A DNA stretch of 64,000 nt from Coriobacteriaceae bacterium. GTDB lineage: Bacteria > Actinomycetota > Coriobacteriia > Coriobacteriales > UMGS124. The notes under the pieces were generated by a model. It did not search any database and was not told the DNA's origin. It worked only from the letters and a program-made list of their open reading frames with translations. Positions 26,905 through 35,044 of the stretch are shown piece after piece; position 1 is the stretch's first letter, and each line of letters begins with the position of its first letter. Where the stretch lies: contig JAHZGC010000024.1 in assembly GCA_019421015.1 (NCBI GenBank), forward strand, positions 862 through 64,861, given 5' to 3'. The translations under genes were made by a program, and so were the position numbers.

Positions 26905-28443
26905 CTACGCCATCTCCCCGCCGCGAGCGCCCCGAGCGACGCCTCCCTCCTCCCACCCCTGCACCAACAGCAGAAGCTCCTGCTTCGAGGCCACGCCGGC
27001 CTTCTCGTAGATGCGGCCGATGTGGGTGCTGGCCGTGCCGTCGGCGATGAAGAGCTTCTCGCAGATGAGCCGGCGGCTGTTGCCCCGCGCCAGCAGTAAG
27101 AATACGTCGGTCTCGCGTTCCGAAAGGCCGAGCGACTTCGCGAGTGCCCGCAGTCCGTCGGAGCCCGGCGGGTCCGAGACGGTCACGATGGCTGCCGGCA
27201 TCTGGGCGGCTTCCGGTGGGTGCACGCCCGTCTCGCCCGAGGCTTTCTCCGCTGCGGCCGCCGCGGACCTCGGGGTGTCTTCGTGCGCCGCGTCGGCGCG
27301 TCCCTGCAGGTCGCGCAGGCTGTTCCCTATGCCGTAAAAATGGTAGAGCGTCCATACGAGCATCGCCAGCATAGCTAAGAAGCCCAGCTGCACAATGACC
27401 AGGTTCAGTCCCTCGTCGAACAAGATGAGGTATTGAAACGCCACGGTGACCCCTGCGTTCACGCTGAACGAGAGTCCCACGAGTCGCCAGGGCCGCATCT
27501 CGAGGGCGTTGAGCGCCAACAGCAGCACGAACCACGAGAACTCCTCGCCGTAGTACTCAGCAAAGTGCTCGATGGTCGCGAGGGCGGCGGGGTCGAGCGG
27601 CAACAGCTGCGAGGTGCCCGAGTAGAGGAACAGGTAGATGGCGAACAGCACGAGCAGCCCGGGCATGAACCGCAGCAGCAGGCTCGACTCAGTCTTGACC
27701 AGCGTCACGTAGGACACGGCGCAAAAGACCACCGACCCCGCGACTAGCGGCCCCAGGCCTTCTCCGGTGAGTGCGAAGGGGTTGCCCCAAAAGCCCGTGT
27801 TGCCCACGGCGCATGCGATGGCAAAGGCCACCGACGATATGACGACCAGTCCGAGCATAACCGTGGAGAGGGGCCGCTCGAACGTGACGCTCTTCATCGG
27901 TGCGGCCACCTGCCCTTCTGCCTGCCGGGCTGCCCAGGTAAGCCCCGTGCACAGCGCCGGCAACAGGCAGAAGAGCGCACGTTCGTCGGTCTCGCCCAAG
28001 ACGGCGTCGGCCCCGTACATGAGCGCGCCCCGCAGTACGAAGACCGCGATGACCGCCACGCCGGCCACCTTGCGGTCGGCGATGCGGGAGAACAGCAGCA
28101 CCTCGGCGACGAGCAGCACGATGTTCGTGTATCCGGTGCCCACGGCGGCCAAGGCCGAGAACGCGAGCGGTACGTCCGAGAACTGGAGCGCGGCCGATGC
28201 GGTCCCTAAAACCGCGCAGGCGCTCAAGGCCGTCCCTTCGTGGCGCTCCAACCACCGGGGGGCGGCGCAGGCCGTGAGCGAAGCCAGCAGCATACCGGTC
28301 AGAAACAGCGTGTGCCCGTCGGCAAAAGCCTGGCGCAGCAGCAGGTCGTGGGCGAGAAACGCGGTCCCGTGGCCGGGGAGGTCGAACCACAGAAAGTTGA
28401 GCGCCATGGCCACGGTGGCCAATGCGACCGCCCTTCTCCTCAT
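26905..28443 (-). CDS. Polytopic-membrane LuxR-type transcriptional regulator (N-terminal multi-TM sensor-like domain, C-terminal LuxR HTH), paralog 1
   Basis: Many hydrophobic segments are followed by LSERETDVFLLLARGNSRRLICEKLFIADGTASTHIGRIYEKAGV. The start was moved to ATG 28443 (MRRRAVALATVAMAL...), preceded by SD GGGGAGGGG. Confidence 0.85.
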   Translation of the reverse strand: MRRRAVALATVAMALNFLWFDLPGHGTAFLAHDLLLRQAFADGHTLFLTGMLLASLTACAAPRWLERHEGTALSACAVLGTASAALQFSDVPLAFSALAAVGTGYTNIVLLVAEVLLFSRIADRKVAGVAVIAVFVLRGALMYGADAVLGETDERALFCLLPALCTGLTWAARQAEGQVAAPMKSVTFERPLSTVMLGLVVISSVAFAIACAVGNTGFWGNPFALTGEGLGPLVAGSVVFCAVSYVTLVKTESSLLLRFMPGLLVLFAIYLFLYSGTSQLLPLDPAALATIEHFAEYYGEEFSWFVLLLALNALEMRPWRLVGLSFSVNAGVTVAFQYLILFDEGLNLVIVQLGFLAMLAMLVWTLYHFYGIGNSLRDLQGRADAAHEDTPRSAAAAAEKASGETGVHPPEAAQMPAAIVTVSDPPGSDGLRALAKSLGLSERETDVFLLLARGNSRRLICEKLFIADGTASTHIGRIYEKAGVASKQELLLLVQGWEEGGVARGARGGEMA

Positions 28444-28822
28444 GACCCCTCCCCGTTCGTGGTCGGAATCGTCCCGACGCGCGCTTCCTCCCCTGGGCTT
28501 CCTCTGCGCCCATGGAAGCAAAATACCACGTCCGGCCTTTTTTGGGGTCCCCGATGGGCTTGGCTTGGGGGCCGAGGCGGCAAATCGGAGGTTTTGGTGA
28601 CATGTCGCCCGGGTCGCCGGGGCATCTCGGGCACGCCGCGAGGTCAATGGGTGGTTTTGGCTATATGGGCAGCCCGTGGAACGGGGCCATCATGGGGGTG
28701 TCGCGGGCGAGCGGGCCTTGCGGTTTTGGAAGGACGGAAGAGGCCGGCCCATCCGGACGCACGAGATGCGCGAGACGTGCGAACGAACATGCAACAGACA
28801 TCCAAGAAGAGAGGGGATTACC

Positions 28823-30328
28823 ATGGCGACAATCGACCTGTCGAGGCGTGGGTTTGTGGGAGCGGGCATGGGCATGGGGGCCCTGGCGGCCGCTGGGGCG
28901 CTAAGGGCTTTGGCCGACGAGAAGCCCGCGGGCGACGTGGTGCCTAGCTCCCTGGGCGGCTCGGCCGACGCCGAGGGTGAGGTGCCCATGTGCGAGTTCA
29001 CGCCCGGCGGCGGGTCGTTCGCCGAGGGTGCGCTGCCCGGCTGGGACGGCACCCCGCCCGAGATCGAGGCCGTGGGCGGCTCCACCATGCCCTTGGCCGA
29101 GCTCAACCGCCGCCGCCACGCCTACTACGACGCCGCCGAAGACTATGTCAAGGAGGACGGCACCGTCGTGCCCGCCTGGGCGGTCAAGATTCGCCGCGTG
29201 GTGCACGCTTACGGCATGGGCTACGCCAACACGCCCTTCGACACGAGCTTCGACTACATCATGCAGTGCTTTACCGAGGACGATGCCAAGGCCTACGCCG
29301 ACGAGATGCCGGCCGGCCAGCTTTTCAAGGCCATCGACGTGGCGGCGGCCGGTGGCCGTACCCTCGAGGAAGCCGAGGCCATTTGCGAGAAGTTCGCCGA
29401 CAAGGGCTTTTTGCGCCGCACCGTGCACGACGACGGGGTCATGTACAACCACGTGCCGTGGTTGCAGGGCGTGAGCGAGTACGAGCTCCACGAGATGCTC
29501 AACGACTTCGACAACTGGGTGATCGCCGACTCCCAGGCCGGCGCGTTCCACCACTTGGCCTATAACTACGGCGGAAGCCCCTACTTCTATGTGATGCCTT
29601 GCGACAAGTCTGTCGTCGCCGAGGGCGATATGCTCCTTTACGACGACTACGAGGCCGTGGCCGCCAACCACAACAAGTTCTCGCTGTCACCGTGCTGGTG
29701 CCGTACCCTGGCCATGCGCATGGAGGGCTACGACACGCCCGATCTGCAGTCGCCCGACTGGGACGGCGTGATGTCGCCGGTCTGCGGCCATCGCATGGAG
29801 ACCTGCCTGTCCTTCGGCGATGAGGCCGAGTACTGGATCCACATGGGCTTTGGCCGCGAGATCACCCGCGAGGAGGCCCTCGAGTACCTGCGTCGCAGCC
29901 GCGACGACGGGTTTATCCTCCAACACATCTTTGCCAAGGACATGGGCACCGTGTGCTCCTGCCACGGTGACTGCTGCGGCATCATTGGCGAGTGGCGCGC
30001 CCTGGGTGGTGCGGCCGATATCGAGAACGCCCGCGCCTTCAAGCAAATCAGCCACTACAACCTGGTAGTCGACACCGATTCCTGCCTCAAGTGCGGCACC
30101 TGTGCTGAGCGCTGCCCGCTCGACGCCATCACGATGGACGAGGAGTCGGGGCTGCCCGTGGTGAACGACCTGTGCTTCCGCTGCGGCCAGTGCGCCTACG
30201 TGTGCCCCGCCGGCGTCCGCTCCCTCGTTGCGCGTCCGGCGGAGGAGAACCTCGAGGTGCCCTACACCCTGGTCGACGACGGTAACCAGAAGGCCGCCTT
30301 CCGCTTTGAGCACGGCATGATCTGGTAA
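28823..30328 (+). CDS. Tat-exported Cys-rich iron-sulfur protein of unknown function with C-terminal 2x[4Fe-4S] ferredoxin domain
   Basis: The Tat signal is MATIDLSRRGFVGAGMGMGALAAAGALRALA. Cys clusters are SPCWCR, SPVCGHRMETC and CSCHGDCCG. These are followed by CLKCGTCAERCP and CFRCGQCAYVCP. SD AGAGGGG precedes ATG 28823. The CxCR...CxC..CCG plus ferredoxin layout recalls a widespread, uncharacterised family usually annotated only as 4Fe-4S binding protein (from memory, unverified). Confidence 0.75.
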   Translation: MATIDLSRRGFVGAGMGMGALAAAGALRALADEKPAGDVVPSSLGGSADAEGEVPMCEFTPGGGSFAEGALPGWDGTPPEIEAVGGSTMPLAELNRRRHAYYDAAEDYVKEDGTVVPAWAVKIRRVVHAYGMGYANTPFDTSFDYIMQCFTEDDAKAYADEMPAGQLFKAIDVAAAGGRTLEEAEAICEKFADKGFLRRTVHDDGVMYNHVPWLQGVSEYELHEMLNDFDNWVIADSQAGAFHHLAYNYGGSPYFYVMPCDKSVVAEGDMLLYDDYEAVAANHNKFSLSPCWCRTLAMRMEGYDTPDLQSPDWDGVMSPVCGHRMETCLSFGDEAEYWIHMGFGREITREEALEYLRRSRDDGFILQHIFAKDMGTVCSCHGDCCGIIGEWRALGGAADIENARAFKQISHYNLVVDTDSCLKCGTCAERCPLDAITMDEESGLPVVNDLCFRCGQCAYVCPAGVRSLVARPAEENLEVPYTLVDDGNQKAAFRFEHGMIW

Positions 30329-30493
30329 GTGCTCCCGCACCGCTTTTCCGCCGCAGGGGCGGGCCCGGGGCTGCCATCTCGCCTTTCGCGTGGTGTGGTG
30401 GGAGCGCCCTGGGTTCGCCCCGGCCCGGCTGTCCGTGCACCGCGGTTGCCCCCCGTGTTTCGCTGTGCCCCGTTCCGAAAGGTGGTCTTTTCT

Positions 30494-30880
30494 ATGCACG
30501 AGATGTCGCTTATGAAGAACGTCCTGGCTATCGTGCTCGACGAATGTGCGGGCAAGGGCGTGGTGGCGGTCAAGGAGGTGAGCCTCACCATTGGCGAGCA
30601 ACGCGACGTGGCGGTCGAGTACGCCGAGGGGCTGTTTCGCTTCTTGGCCCGGGGGACTGTGGCCGAAAAGGCCACGCTCAAGGTGAGGCGCGTGCCGTTC
30701 ACCGTGCGCTGCATGGAGTGCGGCGACATCTTTAAGATAGATACCCGCGATCCCGAGACCTGGGCCTGCCCGCGCTGCGGTGTGCGGCAGCGCTACCGGG
30801 TGTTCAGCGGCCACGAGTTTCAGGTCGACGCGATCGAGGTGGAGCTGGCAGGGGAGCGCGGTGCCGGTACGGCGGCGTGA
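30494..30880 (+). CDS. hypA: HypA/HybF-type nickel metallochaperone (orphan copy)
   Basis: The N-terminus MHEMSLMKNVLAIVLDE carries the MHE nickel site. The zinc ribbon is CMECG...CPRCG. The protein is 128 aa, with SD GAAAGGTGG. No other hyp or hydrogenase genes occur in the window. Confidence 0.8.
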   Translation: MHEMSLMKNVLAIVLDECAGKGVVAVKEVSLTIGEQRDVAVEYAEGLFRFLARGTVAEKATLKVRRVPFTVRCMECGDIFKIDTRDPETWACPRCGVRQRYRVFSGHEFQVDAIEVELAGERGAGTAA

Positions 30881-30974
30881 GGGACGGGAAAGGGTGTGGG
30901 GGTTCGAGGCTGGGGCGCACGGGATTGGGGCAAGAGGCTGCAAAGCACGCTGCGGGGTTTACGATGAGGATGAT

Positions 30975-31157
30975 GTATCAGCTGAGAAAGTGAAATCTCG
31001 AAAATGATGACTTATGCATGGTATAATGTGAAAAATGATACTAGTACTATGGAGACGGCCAAAGAAATGCCTGGAACGGTGTGAATGGTTGCAAAGATTA
31101 TATCAAATGTGGGAATTTATACCATGCATTTGCCATAGATTTTACTATTGATTAAAT
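30975..31157 (+). repeat. AT-rich TIR element, copy C
   Basis: Its conserved blocks are GAAATCTCGAAAATGATGACTTATGCATG, AAAGAAATGCCTGGAACGGTGTGAATGGTTGCAA and CCATGCATTTGCCATAGATTTTACTATTGATTAA. Confidence 0.85.
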
Positions 31158-31240
31158 TGTCTAGACAGGTCACCGTTGGGAGGTGCGGGCTCGAAGTAAC
31201 TTCGCCTGCCAACGGCGAACTACACTACGGAGGAGCAGGT

Positions 31241-31283
31241 TAATCAATAGGAAAAACAATAACTATTACTATTGCATGATACT
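31241..31283 (+). repeat. Partial or collapsed copy of the AT-rich element (left-TIR-like TTAATCAATAGGAAAAA ... TTGCATGA)
   Basis: TTAATCAATAGGAAAAACAATAACTATTACTATTGCATGAT resembles the first ~45 nt of copy A (TTAATCAATATAGAAAG...TTTTGCATGA). It abuts the stop of the LuxR gene at 31299. Confidence 0.5.
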
Positions 31284-31298
31284 TCCCCCTGCCCGCTT

Positions 31299-32888
31299 CT
31301 ACCCCCGCCCCTCATCCTTCTCGCGTTGTGCCTCCAGAAGGTCGAGCACCTGCTGGCGGTTGTGCACACCGAGCTTGCGGTAGAGGTTCTTGCAGTGGGA
31401 GCGCACGGTGTTCTCGGACACGTAGAGGGTCTCGGCCATATGGGCCACGTCGCGGCCGCGCACGATGAGCTCAAGGACGTCGGCTTCGCGGTTCGAGAGC
31501 TTGAAGTCCCGCTTGAGGGAACTGCAGTAGCTGGGCACCATGTCTTGCACCACCACGACCCGGCGCGTCATGACATGCTCCTGCGCCTCTTGGGCGGCGT
31601 CCGGCATGAGGGGGGTGGACGGCGTGGGAACGGGTGCATCTTTTGGTTCGGATGTGGCCCCGCCGTCTGGGAGGGTCCGAGTGTCGCCCAGGATCGGGTC
31701 GAAGTCAGACGCTTCGCCCGTGCCGCGGATCATGCCTACGATCGCCCCAGAAAACGAAAGGACGTAGATCGAGAGAAGTGCCACGACGAGCAGCTGGGCC
31801 ACGTCGAGGCCTTCTCCAAAAGCCGCTCCCACCAGCCTTCCCACCAAAACGCAAAGGTAGACCGAGCCGGCAAACAGGCCGAAGACTGCTATGGGGTCGA
31901 GGTTGCGCAACCGGGCGATACGCAGGCAGGTGAGCATCATGAACATCGACACGAGGGTAAAGGCCAGGTTGGCGATGCCTGCGAAGACCGCCCGGTACTC
32001 GCTTGCCATAAAGGGCAGCAGCAGGAAGCCCGTGATGATGCCGAAGAATATGACTACGTAGGCGCCCTTAAAGGTGAACGAGCGATGTAGGCCTTCCCAA
32101 AGCCATAGCAGCAGGATCGCCGCCACCAGCATGCCTGCGGCGAGCAGGGTGTTAAGCAACAAGGCGTCGGTCTGGGTGCTGCGTGCCATGACGCGGGTGA
32201 CTCCGCTTACATAGCCTACCGTGGCCACGCAGAGGACCGATCGCCAGATGCTTGAGGCGAGTCCCCCCAACCCTGCACCTGGGGTTCGGGCGATAAGCAG
32301 CCCGTCGGCCGGAGGCGTTGCAGCTCGGTCGAAGAGCTTTGCGGTGCATGCCTTGAGGAAGGCGGCGTTCAAGACGATGAGCGCAAAGACCGCCACTCCA
32401 TAGGCAGTCACCTGTTGGACGAATGACAGGGCGAGGTAGAGCAGACCGCCCAGGGCGGTGCCCAGTACGATTGTGCGGTTCGCCTGCATGGGTTCCATGC
32501 TCGCCATAACGCGCTGCCAGGCCACCAACGAGAGGGCATGGGCCATTCCCACCAGAACTGCGGAGCAACCGAGAAGCACCTGGGCATCCTGTCCACAGGA
32601 GGAGAACGCGAAAAGCCCCGCGTAGCCCAACGTCCAAGTAATGGTGGAGGGGACGGTGGTGTTGCGGTTGAACAGGCCGTTCAAGTACAGGCAGCCGAAC
32701 CCGAATGAGAACAAGGTTGCTATGAACCCGGTCGAGCGAAAGGTCTCGAAGGCCGTCAGGTCGGCGGCGGCGATGCCCGAGAGGTGCACGAGGGTGATAA
32801 GGCCCCAGGCCGAGGTCGACCCAAGGGTGAGGAAGATGCCGAAGCCCAAAGTGGCGATGACGGTGGGACTCATGCGGAGAAAGGACAT
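31299..32888 (-). CDS. Polytopic-membrane LuxR-type transcriptional regulator, paralog 2
   Basis: The protein is 529 aa, with many TM segments followed by LSNREADVLELIVRGRDVAHMAETLYVSENTVRSHCKNLYRKLGV. SD GAGGAA precedes ATG 32888. Confidence 0.88.
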   Translation of the reverse strand: MSFLRMSPTVIATLGFGIFLTLGSTSAWGLITLVHLSGIAAADLTAFETFRSTGFIATLFSFGFGCLYLNGLFNRNTTVPSTITWTLGYAGLFAFSSCGQDAQVLLGCSAVLVGMAHALSLVAWQRVMASMEPMQANRTIVLGTALGGLLYLALSFVQQVTAYGVAVFALIVLNAAFLKACTAKLFDRAATPPADGLLIARTPGAGLGGLASSIWRSVLCVATVGYVSGVTRVMARSTQTDALLLNTLLAAGMLVAAILLLWLWEGLHRSFTFKGAYVVIFFGIITGFLLLPFMASEYRAVFAGIANLAFTLVSMFMMLTCLRIARLRNLDPIAVFGLFAGSVYLCVLVGRLVGAAFGEGLDVAQLLVVALLSIYVLSFSGAIVGMIRGTGEASDFDPILGDTRTLPDGGATSEPKDAPVPTPSTPLMPDAAQEAQEHVMTRRVVVVQDMVPSYCSSLKRDFKLSNREADVLELIVRGRDVAHMAETLYVSENTVRSHCKNLYRKLGVHNRQQVLDLLEAQREKDEGRG

Positions 32889-33195
32889 GCCGGTTCCTCA
32901 CGGGTCGGATGAGCGCTGGGTTTGGCGTACAGGATAACCGGTGGCACCGGTTTTATATGCGACGATGGCAAAAATCACCCGTGCCATGGGAGGGATGGTA
33001 CGTTGCGACGTGCTTGCGTGCGACGGCGGCCCGGAGAGGTGAACGCACAAAACCACCCGCGCCATGGGAGGCGGCTCCGCGGGGGCACCGTATCGTTGAT
33101 GACAGCGCGGCCCATTGCGATGGGCAATAACGAGGCCGCGGTATTGTCCGCTGTGCCCGCAGCACGGGCACGTCGAGATCATGGAGGTTTGTTTT

Positions 33196-34917
33196 ATGGC
33201 CGAGCACACCATTGCCTTCGACCGCCGCAAGTTCATCAAGGGAGCCGCCGTTGCCACCGCCGGCACGATGGCCCTTGGATGCGTGGGTGCCGCCGGTGCC
33301 GATGGCACCGTAGCGTTGAGCGCCGAGACCGTCAACAACGGTTCCTGGGCGTTCGAGGTGGCTCCCGACCCGGTGTCTGAGGACCAGATCGCCCAGACGT
33401 ACGAGGCCGACGTAATCGTGATCGGCGCCGGCGTGTCGGGCCTTGTGTGTGCGGCGTCCGCCACCGAGGAGGGTGCCGACGTCATTCTGTTCGCCGCCAG
33501 CTCCACGCCGGTCTCGCGCGGCGGCTCCAACCACGGCATCGGCACCAAGATGCACGAGCGCCTGGGGATCACCGACTATACCAAGGACACCATTTCTGGC
33601 ATGTTCAAGCGCGAGCTCGCCCGCAACGGCTACCTGGTTGACCAGAAGAAGTGGTGGCGCTGGGCAAACAACAGCGCGCCGATCATGAACTGGCTCATCG
33701 ACCTCATGGAAGACGCCGGCTACACCACCACGATGGAGATCGGCTACGACGACCCCGACGGCACGTTTACCGCCCATCCCGGCTCGCACAACTGGGTCGA
33801 GGTCTGCGACGGCGTGGAGTCGGGCGCCCGTACCGGCGAGAACCTGGTCATGAACCTGCTGGCCGACAAGGTGCAGGCCCAGGGTGGCACCATCCATTAC
33901 AAGACCGTGGCCCAGTACCTTGAGCGCGAGGATGACAACACCGGCCGCGTGACCTCCGTGGTGGCGCTGGACCCCGATGGCAACTACGTGCGCTACGTGG
34001 GCCGCAAGGCGGTGGTCATGGCCACCGGTGATTTCTCGGCTAACCAGGACATGATGGCCAAATACTGTGGCTGGGTTGCCCCGCTGCTGCAGTATAACGA
34101 GATAGACTACGACGCTGCCTTCCAGTTCGGTGGCCTGGGCGGTGGAGACGGTCAGAAGATGGGCCTGTGGGTGGGGGGCGCCTGGCAGCGCTGCCAGCCC
34201 AACGCCCCCATGATCGACGCCGTGGGCCCGATGCCGTACCGCCAGTCAATCGCCGACTTCTCGGGGCTGCTGCTCAACAAGAAGGGCGAGCGCTACTCCA
34301 ACGAGGACACGATCTTCTCGTACGGCACCTACGCCATGATGATGCAGCCCGACATGACGCGCTATGGCATCTGGGACAGCGCCTACGCCACCTGGTTCCC
34401 GCAGTGGGAGACCTTTGGCGCCACCATCGTTGAGAACGAGGGCAAGAACTTCTTTACCCCCGAGCAATACAAGGAGCAGTGGGACGCCAACGTCGAGAAC
34501 GGCACGTTCGTCAAGGGCGACACCGTGGAGGAGGTGCTGGCCCAGCTCGAGGGTCTCGACGCCGAGCAGGCCGCCCAGTCGGTGGCGCGCTACAACGAGC
34601 TGTGCGCCGCAGGCTACGACGAGGATTTCCACAAGGAAGCGACCCTGCTCGCCCCCATCGCCGAGGGCCCCTTCTACGGGTGCAAGCTCACCATGGGGCC
34701 TGCCAACTTCCTGTGTGTGACCGGCGGCCTGCGCACCAACGAGAAGATGCAGGTCTGCGAGGAGGACGACACCCCCATCGAGGGCCTGTACAACCTCGGT
34801 ATCATGGCGGGCGATTCTTACGGCAACTGCTACAACTTTGCCATTTGCGGCCACAACCTGGGCATGAACTGCATCACGCTGCCCTACCTGCTGGGTAAGG
34901 AGCTTGCTGAGGCGTAA
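33196..34917 (+). CDS. Tat-exported FAD-dependent flavoprotein reductase, paralog 2
   Basis: The Tat signal is MAEHTIAFDRRKFIKGAAVATAGTMALGCVGAAGA. The FAD fold is ADVIVIGAGVSGLVCAASATEEGADVILF, with AVVMATGDF also present. SD GGAGG precedes ATG 33196, which is internal to track ORF 33115. Confidence 0.88.
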   Translation: MAEHTIAFDRRKFIKGAAVATAGTMALGCVGAAGADGTVALSAETVNNGSWAFEVAPDPVSEDQIAQTYEADVIVIGAGVSGLVCAASATEEGADVILFAASSTPVSRGGSNHGIGTKMHERLGITDYTKDTISGMFKRELARNGYLVDQKKWWRWANNSAPIMNWLIDLMEDAGYTTTMEIGYDDPDGTFTAHPGSHNWVEVCDGVESGARTGENLVMNLLADKVQAQGGTIHYKTVAQYLEREDDNTGRVTSVVALDPDGNYVRYVGRKAVVMATGDFSANQDMMAKYCGWVAPLLQYNEIDYDAAFQFGGLGGGDGQKMGLWVGGAWQRCQPNAPMIDAVGPMPYRQSIADFSGLLLNKKGERYSNEDTIFSYGTYAMMMQPDMTRYGIWDSAYATWFPQWETFGATIVENEGKNFFTPEQYKEQWDANVENGTFVKGDTVEEVLAQLEGLDAEQAAQSVARYNELCAAGYDEDFHKEATLLAPIAEGPFYGCKLTMGPANFLCVTGGLRTNEKMQVCEEDDTPIEGLYNLGIMAGDSYGNCYNFAICGHNLGMNCITLPYLLGKELAEA

Positions 34918-35044
34918 GTCGCCCTCACCCCATGTAAAGCCTCCCTGCCATGGCGAATGACAGGGAGGCTGTTTTTGTGCTTGGCGGCTTGCCGCCTTTG
35001 GCTGCCTGTTCGAGAACGGCGTTCCTATGCCGTCTCTGTGCCCC

